DNA of 50,966 nucleotides from the sequence record SRR2962707_2035; one strand, written 5' to 3'. A program made the position numbers and the translations under genes. Below, one piece after another: positions 10,172 to 19,564 of this stretch. The notes under the pieces were generated by a model. It did not search any database, was not told the origin of the DNA, and was given only the letters and a program-made list of their open reading frames with translations. Position 1 is the stretch's first letter, and every line of letters starts with the position of its first letter.

Positions 10172-11098
10172 TCAGTGCCCGGCTCTGCCACGCATGACTT
10201 CGGTCAAGACTGTCTTTTTGAGCGTTTTGTCGAGGTTTTCGAATTCGTCGTAACGGATGGTGTCGTAGAGCTCGGCCCGGGTTTGCATATGGTCCAGCAA
10301 CCCGTCGAGGCGATCGTGCGCCTTGAGATGGGCATAGAGGTTTTCCTGCGCCTTGGCTGCTACACGGAAGGCACTGACGGGCCAGATCACCATCTTGAAG
10401 CCCAACTGTTCGAACTCGCTTCCCGACATGTGTGGCGTGCGACCAAATTCGGTCATGTTCGCCAACAGCGGGACGTCGATCGCCTGGGCAAAAGCCTCAA
10501 ACATTTCCCGAGTGGTCAAGGCCTCGGGGAAGATGGCATCGGCGCCGGCCTCAACATACAGCTTGGCGCGCGCGATGGCAGCATCGAGCCCCTCGCTCGC
10601 CGCGGCATCGGTCCGAGCGATAATCAGCAGTTCACGACGAGCCGCGACAGCAGCCGCGATCTTGGAGGCCATTTCCTCGGCCTCGATCAGGTTCTTGTCG
10701 TTCAAATGCCCGCACTTTTTGGGCAGACTCTGATCTTCGATATGAATAGCCGCCGCGCCCGCATCCTCGAATGTGCGCACAGCATCGATGACGTTCAAAA
10801 CGCCCCCATAACCGGTGTCTGCATCGACGACCGCGGGCAAATCGCTTGCCCGCACGACCTGACGCAGAAAGAATTCGACATCGGCCTTACCCAAAAAGCC
10901 GAGGTCTGGCAGGCCCATAGAGGCCGACATGGCCGCCCCGGACATGTAGCATGCCTCAAACCCGGCGCGTTTTGCCTGCAATGCCGTCATACCGTTATAG
11001 GCACCAGGCAACCGCACGATACCGGGCGCATCCCACATGGCCTTGAGCCTTGCGGCGGCGGAAACCATCACCCCATCCTTAACCACGGGAAACGTCAT
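10172..11098 (-). CDS. prpB: Methylisocitrate lyase-like (ICL/PEP mutase family) lyase
   Basis: VDADTGYG, HIEDQSLPKKCGH, IARTDA and LLANMTEFGRTP motifs; ATGA overlap with the upstream monooxygenase. The true substrate is uncertain. Confidence 0.82.
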   Translation of the reverse strand: MTFPVVKDGVMVSAAARLKAMWDAPGIVRLPGAYNGMTALQAKRAGFEACYMSGAAMSASMGLPDLGFLGKADVEFFLRQVVRASDLPAVVDADTGYGGVLNVIDAVRTFEDAGAAAIHIEDQSLPKKCGHLNDKNLIEAEEMASKIAAAVAARRELLIIARTDAAASEGLDAAIARAKLYVEAGADAIFPEALTTREMFEAFAQAIDVPLLANMTEFGRTPHMSGSEFEQLGFKMVIWPVSAFRVAAKAQENLYAHLKAHDRLDGLLDHMQTRAELYDTIRYDEFENLDKTLKKTVLTEVMRGRAGH

Positions 11099-12795
11099 AG
11101 TGATACCTCCGGCGCCCGAAGGCTGGGTTCGATGTAGCTGCTTGGCATGGGACTGATCGCTTCCCGCGATTCATCGACTCCGCGCACCAGGTTGAGCACG
11201 GCCTCGAAATCTCCAGGGATAGTTTCTCCGCGCCAGGATACATGACCGTCTGGGCGCACCAGGACGAGGGGCGCGCCATACATTTCAAGCACGTCGTTAC
11301 CAACGGTGAGCGAAACAATCTGAAGCGGCATACCCCCCGCTTCAGCCGCACTGCGAACCAGATCAAGGTCTCGCCCTCCGCCATTGAAAGAGAGCAGCAC
11401 AAACCCCTTGCCGAACAGGTCAATGCTCGACCGGCCGTCATCGAGCCAGAAATGGGGCGCGCGATGACCAGGCCGTCCGCTCTGTACGTAGTCGGATATT
11501 CTGTCTTCCGGCTCTTCCGTTCCGTCTCGCCAGACAACCGGCGAATGATAATAGTTAAAGCCGAGATGAACCCCGATCGAATACCATTCGGGCCGCATGG
11601 TGTCGGTGTACCACTTCCCATATTCCTGTCGGGCTGCGTCGCCCTCCGGTCCGGGGTAGAACGCCTCTTCCGGTGGCGCCTTGGATCGAGTCGCAAGCAT
11701 ACGTCCCAGATTGCGGCTGGCTTCGGAAACAGCCCGCATTGCTACAGGACGGCGTTCGATCGTGTAGGATTCGAGTAGGCCCTGGCCGCCCCAGCCCTTG
11801 ATGACGGCCTCGAGTTTCCAGCTCAGATCAACAGCGTCGGCAATGCCCATGTTCATCCCGAAACCGCCAGTGGGTGAGGTGAGATGACAGGAGTCCCCGG
11901 CGAGAAATACCCTGCCTTTCTGGAACGATTTAGCGACAAGCTGCCGCCGCACCCAAGGCATGACGGATTCGATTTCATAGTCGAAAGGCTTGCCCATGGC
12001 CCGGAACAAAAGCGCCTGTATCTCGTCTTCCGGCACCTTGCGCTTCGTCTGATCGCCAACCACGGACATGCGCCAGCGATCTTTGCCGTCAATGGCAACA
12101 ATGGTGAGCCACGTTCCTTCGCGGCCAATGAATATGAACCGATACGCCTTGCCCTTATCGTGCAGGCCCGGCAGGTCCTTGCAGCGGAAAATGACGTTGG
12201 TCGTATAGGTAAGGACCGGCTTGCCGTGCATCGTAATTCCGAGCGCCTCACGGGTGGCGCTAGCGGCACCATCGGTGCCAACCAGATAGTCCGTAGTAAC
12301 CTCGCGCACATTGCCCGTTTTAAGGTCTTTGAGTTTGACCTTTACGATATCTCCGTTGTCTTCAAACCCCATCATTTCGGTTTCGTAGGCGATCTGGGAC
12401 TGTGGATGTTGACCCACGAACCGAGTCAAAATCGGATCGAACATGTCCTGGGGGCAGCGCTCGCGCTTTTGCGGGCTCTGGGCTGGAATCGGCTCATCAT
12501 CCTTGCAGACCATGACTTCGCGGCCGAACTCATAGCCAGTCAAGCTTTCCAACCAGACATTGTCCTGAGGATAGTCGCGCGGATAAGGCGAATTCTCGAC
12601 CCAATCGACAATTCCCCAGCGGCGACAGAATTCCATGGTGCGGATACCAACCATGTCCATCTTGGGCTGCAAGATCGTCCCGTCGCTGATCTCGACGAGA
12701 AGATTTTCAATTCCGCGCCATCCTAGGTCTCCCGATAACGAGAGGCCAACAGGGCCTGCGCCAACAATTAGTACTGGGTAGTGGGTGGCGGACAT
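11095..12795 (-). CDS. Class A FAD-dependent aromatic monooxygenase (PheA/TfdB-like, FAD_binding_3)
   Basis: GAGPVG, DGAAS, AGDSCHLTSPTGGFGMNMGIADA, GHRAPHFW and LVRPDGHVSWRG motifs. Confidence 0.9.
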   Translation of the reverse strand: MSATHYPVLIVGAGPVGLSLSGDLGWRGIENLLVEISDGTILQPKMDMVGIRTMEFCRRWGIVDWVENSPYPRDYPQDNVWLESLTGYEFGREVMVCKDDEPIPAQSPQKRERCPQDMFDPILTRFVGQHPQSQIAYETEMMGFEDNGDIVKVKLKDLKTGNVREVTTDYLVGTDGAASATREALGITMHGKPVLTYTTNVIFRCKDLPGLHDKGKAYRFIFIGREGTWLTIVAIDGKDRWRMSVVGDQTKRKVPEDEIQALLFRAMGKPFDYEIESVMPWVRRQLVAKSFQKGRVFLAGDSCHLTSPTGGFGMNMGIADAVDLSWKLEAVIKGWGGQGLLESYTIERRPVAMRAVSEASRNLGRMLATRSKAPPEEAFYPGPEGDAARQEYGKWYTDTMRPEWYSIGVHLGFNYYHSPVVWRDGTEEPEDRISDYVQSGRPGHRAPHFWLDDGRSSIDLFGKGFVLLSFNGGGRDLDLVRSAAEAGGMPLQIVSLTVGNDVLEMYGAPLVLVRPDGHVSWRGETIPGDFEAVLNLVRGVDESREAISPMPSSYIEPSLRAPEVSL

Positions 12796-12891
12796 GGACC
12801 CCTCTTGACATTAGGTGAGCGCTGTTCGCTTCGGCAAATAGCCGGTGCGGTCTACAGTCTCAGTTATCCGAGCCGAGGGTAGTAATTGTCT

Positions 12892-12928
12892 AAGACTTAA
12901 AAAGAGCCGCGCCAGACTAAGATGATAT
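12892..12928 (-). promoter_or_regulatory. Bipartite LysR-type site upstream of the monooxygenase operon
   Basis: + strand AAGAC at 12892 and AGAC-taagatg-ATAT at 12914-12928; 22-nt spacing as in the other copies. Confidence 0.65.
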
Positions 12929-13053
12929 GGTTAGGAAAAGCCATCTGGATCAAACACTTAGATTAGGAATGCCTTTAAGAAGCCTTCCGCAAGCGGTTCC
13001 GTTGCCACTCTGCAATATCATGGCATTAGCGGCAGGAATGCTGAGCCGCCAGT

Positions 13054-14040
13054 TTAGCGGTCGCGACCCTCCCTCGAACCAAAATCAATCGATTTAACAA
13101 CGCTAACCAAGTGACCAAGTGTATGGGTCAACGATTCGCGACGCCAGGCGAGTTGCAACGTTGTCTTTGGGGTGGAACCAATAAGTGGACGATAAACCAG
13201 TTGGTCGGTAAAGATTGAACTGAACGAGGCTGGCACTAAAGATATACCCATACCAGCGGCGACAAGGCCAAGCAGCGTATGCGTGTCGGACACTTCATGG
13301 GCTATCCTGAGGTCGGCCATGTGATTGGATAACGCTCCAAACATCTGACGACGATAATTCAGGCTCGATGTTGCTGCCAAGCTGATAAGGGGTTCGCGCA
13401 TGATCTGCTGAATATCGAGCGCATTCTCCTTGGCCAGACTGTGCTTGCGGGACATCACGGTGACAAACGGTTCTTCAAAGATCGTGGCCGTTTCTATTTC
13501 TTCATACGCAACTGGTCCGCGCAGGATACCCACGTCGATACGGTCTTCGCGCAAAGCCGATAGCTGCTGGCCCACCGTCAGTTCCTGAAGATGAAACTTA
13601 ACCTTGGGGTACCGTTCAACAAACGTTTCGAGCAATGTCGGGATGATTGTATACAGCGACGAGAACACTGCCCCTATTTCAAGCGAGCCCTCCTCCCCAT
13701 CTCGAATGGCAACAAGCTGCTCGGCGGCCATCTGCGTATTGTTGATTATGCGCCGTGCGTGCAGAATGAATGCTTCACCTTCAGGCGTCAGAGATACTTG
13801 GCGGTTTCCCCTTATGAGCAGCTTGACCTTGAGCTGCTGCTCAAGATTAAGAATTTGCTGACTTAGGGGCGGCTGAGCGATGCCCATGCGCTCGGCGGCA
13901 CGTGTGAAATTGAGCTCCTCGGCCACAGCAAGAAAATACCGCAATTGGCGCAGTTCAATGCGTGGCAAATTCCCACTAAGCTCCGCCCGTTTGCTCGCAG
14001 GATCCACGATTGAACTCAGATTGTCTTCCGTTTTGGCCAT
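13054..14040 (-). CDS. LysR-family transcriptional regulator (HcaR/BenM/AlsR-like)
   Basis: ELRQLRYFLAVAEELNFTRAAERMGIAQPPLSQQI HTH and LVAAGMGISLVP. The track ORF's N-terminal extension overlaps the SDR gene, so the ATG at 14040 was chosen. Confidence 0.92.
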   Translation of the reverse strand: MAKTEDNLSSIVDPASKRAELSGNLPRIELRQLRYFLAVAEELNFTRAAERMGIAQPPLSQQILNLEQQLKVKLLIRGNRQVSLTPEGEAFILHARRIINNTQMAAEQLVAIRDGEEGSLEIGAVFSSLYTIIPTLLETFVERYPKVKFHLQELTVGQQLSALREDRIDVGILRGPVAYEEIETATIFEEPFVTVMSRKHSLAKENALDIQQIMREPLISLAATSSLNYRRQMFGALSNHMADLRIAHEVSDTHTLLGLVAAGMGISLVPASFSSIFTDQLVYRPLIGSTPKTTLQLAWRRESLTHTLGHLVSVVKSIDFGSREGRDR

Positions 14041-14183
14041 AGGTGACGCTGTCTCGGCGAATGTTGTCCACGGGCCATCGATAGCAGGCAAAGGCTGTCC
14101 CGGCCAATCGCTGTTTCTTGAGGACGTCATATCAAGACTGCTCTCGCATTTGCCAAGCCATTCTATTGGTGACCGCTTGCCGG

Positions 14184-14945
14184 TCAGACCATCGTTACAC
14201 CACCGTTGATGTCCAGAACTGCGCCTGTGATGAAACCACTGGACGGGCCGACGAGAAAGCTGACAGTCGCCCCGACTTCGTCGGGCTTTCCGGCTCGACC
14301 AACAGGGATTTCCGCTTTGAGCGCGGCCAGCATTTCCGCCGACCCCTGCTCTGAGAGCGGAGTTTCGATACGTCCTGGCGCAATCGTATTGACCGTAATC
14401 CCGTGTGCAGCAAACTCTCCCGCCATCATGCGCGACAGCCCAATCAAGCCTGCTTTGGTGGCGGTATAGTGAGCTCCAGCCGTTTTGACGTATGTACGCC
14501 CGGCGCGTGATGCAATGTTGATGATACGGCCCCAGCCGTTCTTGCGCATTAGAGGCATGGCAAGACGCGAAAGATGAAACGGTGCCGTCAGATTGATGGC
14601 CAGAACCTCGTGCCACTGCGCCAATGGCATGGTTTCAGAATCGGCCCGTTTTCCGTCGATCTTGGGTGAAATGCCAGCATTGTTAACCAGAACGTCAAGT
14701 CGACCGTGGTTGTTCTCAACCCACATGATCAGCTTCCCGATCGCATCGGTGTCGGCAAGATCCAACACCTGCGCTTCAACGGAAAGTCCATTTGCCTGCC
14801 AGGTCTCAGCAACGGAAACGACGTCGGAATCGCGGTCAACGGCGATTGTATGAAAGCCATCCTGCGCCAGACGCTCCGCGATCGCGAAACCGAGACCGCT
14901 TGCCGCTCCAGTTACCAATGCGATTTTGACTGTAGCATCCACCAT
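14184..14945 (-). CDS. SDR-family oxidoreductase (FabG-like)
   Basis: TGAASGLG, NNAG and YTATK motifs. Confidence 0.9.
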   Translation of the reverse strand: MVDATVKIALVTGAASGLGFAIAERLAQDGFHTIAVDRDSDVVSVAETWQANGLSVEAQVLDLADTDAIGKLIMWVENNHGRLDVLVNNAGISPKIDGKRADSETMPLAQWHEVLAINLTAPFHLSRLAMPLMRKNGWGRIINIASRAGRTYVKTAGAHYTATKAGLIGLSRMMAGEFAAHGITVNTIAPGRIETPLSEQGSAEMLAALKAEIPVGRAGKPDEVGATVSFLVGPSSGFITGAVLDINGGVTMV

Positions 14946-14956
14946 GAGATTTATCC

Positions 14957-15952
14957 TTAGAGTGAAATACGTATGCGGCGTTGCAGGCTGCCGACAATGC
15001 CGTTGCGGAACAAAAGCACGAACGCGACAAAGCAGACGCCTTGGACGATGGCGAACCAAGGTCCGAAGGGGGTGAGGAAATGTTCGAGAGCGAGCACACC
15101 CAGCGCCCCCACGATCGGACCAAACACTGTAGCTGTACCACCAACCAAGACGATCAGGACGACTTCGGTGGTCGTTGAGATCGATACGTCCGTAAGGGTG
15201 GCGATGCCCAGCCCCATGGCTTTGATGCTCCCTGCAAGGCCAGCAAGACCAGCGGATAAGACAAAGCTCAAAAGCCTGTAGCGCATCACATCGAAACCAA
15301 GAGACTCAACGCGCTTGTCATTGTCACGCACGGCTCTAAGCACGCGTCCAAAAGGCGAGTGGATGATCCGGTGTACAACGACCACTGTGAGTACAAGAAT
15401 GGTGGCTGAGAAGAAGTAAAATGCATCGTTGCTGCTCAGATCGAATACACCGAAGAGCACACCGCGGGGGATACCCTGGACTCCATCCTCACCTCCCGTC
15501 AGCGGAGATTGAAGACAAACAAAAAACACCATCTGCGCAAGCGCCAGGGTAATCATCGCAAGGTAAATTCCGCGGCGACGAATGGCCAGAAGGCCAAAAA
15601 CCGCGCCCGTGGCGGCACCCATGCCGATCCCGGCCAGAAGTGACAGCTCGGTCGACAGGCCCAGCCTTGATGCGAGCAGACCGGATGTGTAGGCCCCAAG
15701 CCCGAAAAACGCGGCATGGCCAAAGCTCATGATACCCGTATATCCGAGCAGGAGATTGTAACCGATAGCAAAGATCGCAAAGGCAAAGACTTTGACCAGA
15801 AACAGCTCATAGAGAAAGAAGGGAGCCAGAAAGATGAACATCACCAGCACTAGTAGTGCCACACCCTGGCCGGTGCTGAAGCCGAACACAGACAACTGCG
15901 CATCAGATTGCTTGCTAAATGGACCGGACCTAGACCGAAAAATCTCTGGCAT
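14957..15952 (-). CDS. livM: Branched-chain amino acid-type ABC permease
   Basis: GYTGIMSFGHAAFFGLG, YLAMITLALAQ, TGGEDG and SPFGRVLRAVRDN motifs. Confidence 0.88.
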   Translation of the reverse strand: MPEIFRSRSGPFSKQSDAQLSVFGFSTGQGVALLVLVMFIFLAPFFLYELFLVKVFAFAIFAIGYNLLLGYTGIMSFGHAAFFGLGAYTSGLLASRLGLSTELSLLAGIGMGAATGAVFGLLAIRRRGIYLAMITLALAQMVFFVCLQSPLTGGEDGVQGIPRGVLFGVFDLSSNDAFYFFSATILVLTVVVVHRIIHSPFGRVLRAVRDNDKRVESLGFDVMRYRLLSFVLSAGLAGLAGSIKAMGLGIATLTDVSISTTTEVVLIVLVGGTATVFGPIVGALGVLALEHFLTPFGPWFAIVQGVCFVAFVLLFRNGIVGSLQRRIRISL

Positions 15953-15956
15953 GTGC

Positions 15957-16823
15957 TCAACCCTTCCCGAATAGGCCCTGTGGGCGAACGATCAGAACCA
16001 AAGCCATAATGATGAACACCGCTGTTGAGGAGATTTCCGGAAATACGGCGCGGGCGAAGCCTTCCGCCACTCCCAGGAACAGGCCGGTAGCGATCGACCC
16101 GAGGATGGATCCCATGCCGCCGATCACGACCACGGCAAAAATAACTACGACGATATTGGTCCCCATAAACGGGTCCACCGAGTAGATCGGCGCGGCCAAA
16201 ACCCCCGCGAGCGCCGCCAGTGCAACGCCGGCCCCATAGGTTAGCGTCAGCATAAGAGGCACATTGATCCCGAAACTCTGCACCAGCTGCGGATCTTCCG
16301 TAGCCGCCCGCAGCCGAGCCCCGATCGACGACTTTTCGATGGCCAGCCACGTCAGGATGCAGATAACCACGCCGAAGACCACGACCCACACTCGGTATGT
16401 CGGCAGAAACATGAAACCAAGATTGACCGCACCGCGCAATTCGGCTGGCACAGAATAGGGCAAGCCCTGGGCACCAAAAATGAGCCGCACCAGCCCTTCG
16501 GCCGAGATAGCAAGGCCGAGCGTGATCAGCAGGCTGTAGAGGTGATCGAGACGATAAGCGAACCGTATGACAGACTTTTCCGTCGCCATACCGATTAGAC
16601 CAACAATGGCCGGAGCAAGAAACAGAGCCCCCCAGTACGGGATGCCGGCAAACTCAAGCAGAATCCAAGCGAACACGGCCCCGAGCATGAAAAACATGCC
16701 GTGGGCAAAGTTGATTACTCCCAGCATGCCAAAAATCACCGACAGTCCGAGTGAGAGCAGAGCATAGAAGACGCCGTTAACAACGCCAAGCACCATCTGA
16801 CCCAAGATGAGATTCAGGTTCAT
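15957..16823 (-). CDS. livH: Branched-chain amino acid-type ABC permease
   Basis: GLSVIFGMLGVINFAHG, VVVIGGMGS and RPQGLFG motifs. Confidence 0.9.
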   Translation of the reverse strand: MNLNLILGQMVLGVVNGVFYALLSLGLSVIFGMLGVINFAHGMFFMLGAVFAWILLEFAGIPYWGALFLAPAIVGLIGMATEKSVIRFAYRLDHLYSLLITLGLAISAEGLVRLIFGAQGLPYSVPAELRGAVNLGFMFLPTYRVWVVVFGVVICILTWLAIEKSSIGARLRAATEDPQLVQSFGINVPLMLTLTYGAGVALAALAGVLAAPIYSVDPFMGTNIVVVIFAVVVIGGMGSILGSIATGLFLGVAEGFARAVFPEISSTAVFIIMALVLIVRPQGLFGKG

Positions 16824-16824
16824 T

Positions 16825-17517
16825 TCACAGGCCCAATACGCGGTTGATCTGGCCGCGCCGCGTGTCGAACTGGTTCGCCTCGACACAGTCGATCACCTTG
16901 CCGTCCTGGACGAGGTAATGACGATCGGCGATCGATTTGACAAATGCAGCATTCTGTTCGACCAGAATGATGGTGTAGCCCCTCTCACGGATGCGGTTGA
17001 GGGTGTGAGCGATCTGTTCGATGATCACCGGAGCAAGACCTTCCGTCAGCTCGTCCATCAAAAGAAATTTCGCACCGCTGCGCAGGATACGCGCAATGGC
17101 CAGCATTTGCTGTTCGCCGCCTGAAAGCGTTGTGCCCTTGCTCTTGCCGCGCTCGAAGATATTCGGAAACAGGGCTTCCAGTTCATCAACCCCCATGCCG
17201 TCTTCGGCTAGCGTCGGCGGAAGCATTAGATTTTCCATGACTGTAAGCGAGGCAAAAATGCCGCGATGCTCGGGACAGGTCGCTATCCCCTTGCGGGCAA
17301 TGGTATCTGGCCGCAACCCCAGAAGCTCCTGCCCTCGAAACTCAACGGAGCCCGAAGATTTCGCCATCATGCCCATGATAGTCTTGAGCGTTGTGGTCTT
17401 GCCGGCGCCATTGCGGCCGAGAAGTGTCACCACCTCTCCTTCCTTCACCTCAAGGCTCATGCCGTGCAGTACGTGACTATCGCCATACCACGCGTTGACG
17501 TCGGTTAACTCAAGCAT
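16825..17517 (-). CDS. livF: ABC transporter ATP-binding protein
   Basis: GRNGAGKTT and LSGGEQQMLAIAR motifs. Confidence 0.92.
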   Translation of the reverse strand: MLELTDVNAWYGDSHVLHGMSLEVKEGEVVTLLGRNGAGKTTTLKTIMGMMAKSSGSVEFRGQELLGLRPDTIARKGIATCPEHRGIFASLTVMENLMLPPTLAEDGMGVDELEALFPNIFERGKSKGTTLSGGEQQMLAIARILRSGAKFLLMDELTEGLAPVIIEQIAHTLNRIRERGYTIILVEQNAAFVKSIADRHYLVQDGKVIDCVEANQFDTRRGQINRVLGL

Positions 17518-18337
17518 GGCCTGTTCCGATGTATGCGGACGTTACTTCAGGATTTGCTGCCACCTCGGCATATGTGCCTTCGGCCAGAACCGCGCCGCGC
17601 GCGAGAACCGTTACCCGGTCACAGATCGTTTCAATGACGGGCAGATTGTGCTCAACAATGATGATGGTACGTCCGACGCGCACCTCCTGGAGGAGCGAGG
17701 TTATCCGCCCGATATCTTCCTGCCCCATGCCCGAGGTCGGTTCGTCGAGCAGCAAAACCTCGGGATCGAGCGCCAGTGTGGTCGCAATTTCGAGAGCACG
17801 TTTGCGACCATACGGAAGTTCACCCGATGTACGGTCGCGATATGGCATAAGATCGACCTGTTGGAGCAGCTCCTCGACCCGGTCGTCGTGCGCGGTCAGA
17901 ACGGCTTCGGACCGCCAGAAATCGAAATTGGTTCGGCGTTTTCGCTGGAGCGCGAAGCGGATGTTGTCGGCAACAGAAAAACTGTCAAAAATCGATGAAA
18001 TCTGAAAACTGCGCACTAGACCGAGCCGGGCCACGGCGACGGCAGAGAGCTTGGTAATGTCGATGTCACGCAGCATGATCTTGCCAGAGGTCACCGGCAT
18101 CGCTCCGGTCAAGAGGTTAAAGCAGGTCGTCTTGCCCGCCCCGTTGGGACCAATAAGGGCGTGAATATCACCCTTGCGCACGCTGAGGTCCACTTTATCG
18201 ACGGCCAGAAAACCGGCGAATGATTTGGTCAGACCAACCGTTTGAATTTCTATGTCCGGCAACGGCAGCTCCTCCCGGGCTTTCGGACGGGGCGCGTGTT
18301 CCGCGCCACGTCCGGTTGCATTATTGAGCCAGCTCAC
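17510..18337 (-). CDS. livG: ABC transporter ATP-binding protein
   Basis: GPNGAGKTT, LPYGRKRALE, LLLDEPTSG and AYIG motifs; exact start uncertain. Confidence 0.9.
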   Translation of the reverse strand: MSWLNNATGRGAEHAPRPKAREELPLPDIEIQTVGLTKSFAGFLAVDKVDLSVRKGDIHALIGPNGAGKTTCFNLLTGAMPVTSGKIMLRDIDITKLSAVAVARLGLVRSFQISSIFDSFSVADNIRFALQRKRRTNFDFWRSEAVLTAHDDRVEELLQQVDLMPYRDRTSGELPYGRKRALEIATTLALDPEVLLLDEPTSGMGQEDIGRITSLLQEVRVGRTIIIVEHNLPVIETICDRVTVLARGAVLAEGTYAEVAANPEVTSAYIGTGHA

Positions 18338-19526
18338 AGGCGCTTGCTTCGAGCGGTGGCGCCGCCTCTTCTTTGTCGAGCGTGCCCGTGATTTCCATCA
18401 CAGCCCATTCACTCTCGCCATCATCCGGCATGCGCACCTGGAAGGTGTACATATCGCGCATCACGCGACCGTCTTCGCGAATGTAGGCCATCAGACCGGT
18501 CTCATCTTCGATAGGCATTTCGCGCATGGCCTCGGCGACAGCAACTGCCTCATCAGTACCCGCTGCTTCCACTGCCTTGAGGTAGTGCAAAACGGAACTG
18601 TAATGTTCTGCATTCTGGAAGGTTGGCGGACGGCTCCAGCGTTCTTCGTAGCGTTCGGACCAAGCCCGGCTTTCATCCGTTCGATCCCAATAGAAAGACG
18701 TCGCCGAATAGGTATTTTCGAGGTTTTCGAGCCCAATGCCCTGAATGTCGGTGAGGGTGAGAAAGTACGGGACGACCTTAAGGTCCATCCCAAACTCGCG
18801 CGCCTGCTTGATAGCGTTGACGGTGAAGGTGCCGAATGTCGCCAGAGCAAGAGTGTCCGCACCTGCAGCTTGCGCTTCGAGTAGGAATGAGGAAAAATCG
18901 GTTGCGGTGGTCGGATGGCGCACCGAGCCTACGACATTGCCGCCTGCCTCTTCGATAAGTTCGATGGACTCTTGCTCAAGATCATGACCGAACGTGTAGT
19001 CGGCAGTGATAAAAAACCAATTGTCAAAGCCCTGATCGACCAATGGCACTGCTATCGAGCGGGCAAGCATCTCGGTATCAGCATTCCACTGAGTGGTCGT
19101 CAGCGCGCACTGTTCACCGACGATATCAGGCGAAGACGCGCCCGACATGAAAATGCGATTTTCCTGCTGCGCGATATCATTGACCGCGAGCGCCACAGCG
19201 GAACTGTTGACATCCACAACAACATCTACGTTGTCTGACTCAAACCACTCCCGAGCGATTGACAGACCCACATCAGGCTTGTTGAGCTGATCTCCGACGA
19301 GAAGTTCAATGGGTTCGCCCAGAACTTCTCCTCCAAAATCTTCAATAGCCATGCGAACCGCTTCGGCGGTGCTTTCACCACCCAGCGCAGATGCCCCGCC
19401 ACTCATATCCGTGAGAAAGCCAATCTTTACGCCATCGAAATCCTGCGAATAGCCTGATGCGGCCAAAAGCATAATCGGTACTGACACTGCAGCCATCAGG
19501 CGCAGCTTTTTTGACAACTTTGCCAT
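18321..19526 (-). CDS. ABC transporter substrate-binding protein (LivK/Peripla_BP_6 type)
   Basis: Signal peptide, KIGFLTDMSG, DQLNKPDVG, ITADYTFGHDL and IREDGRVMRDMY; GGAGG RBS before ATG 19526. Confidence 0.9.
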   Translation of the reverse strand: MAKLSKKLRLMAAVSVPIMLLAASGYSQDFDGVKIGFLTDMSGGASALGGESTAEAVRMAIEDFGGEVLGEPIELLVGDQLNKPDVGLSIAREWFESDNVDVVVDVNSSAVALAVNDIAQQENRIFMSGASSPDIVGEQCALTTTQWNADTEMLARSIAVPLVDQGFDNWFFITADYTFGHDLEQESIELIEEAGGNVVGSVRHPTTATDFSSFLLEAQAAGADTLALATFGTFTVNAIKQAREFGMDLKVVPYFLTLTDIQGIGLENLENTYSATSFYWDRTDESRAWSERYEERWSRPPTFQNAEHYSSVLHYLKAVEAAGTDEAVAVAEAMREMPIEDETGLMAYIREDGRVMRDMYTFQVRMPDDGESEWAVMEITGTLDKEEAAPPLEASACELAQ

Positions 19527-19564
19527 CTTAGTTTCCTCCCTAGGTGACATCGTAATTGTTGAAT

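Noticed and set aside
7031-11098. Canonical 2-methylcitrate cycle operon
   Set aside because: No prpC or acnD/acnB in the window, and the genes are interleaved with aromatic ring-cleavage enzymes.
14041-14616. 520-aa extended LysR, and similar long N-terminal extensions of tctC, tctB, dctP and the MFS gene
   Set aside because: The extensions overlap neighbouring genes or promoters; downstream starts give typical family lengths.
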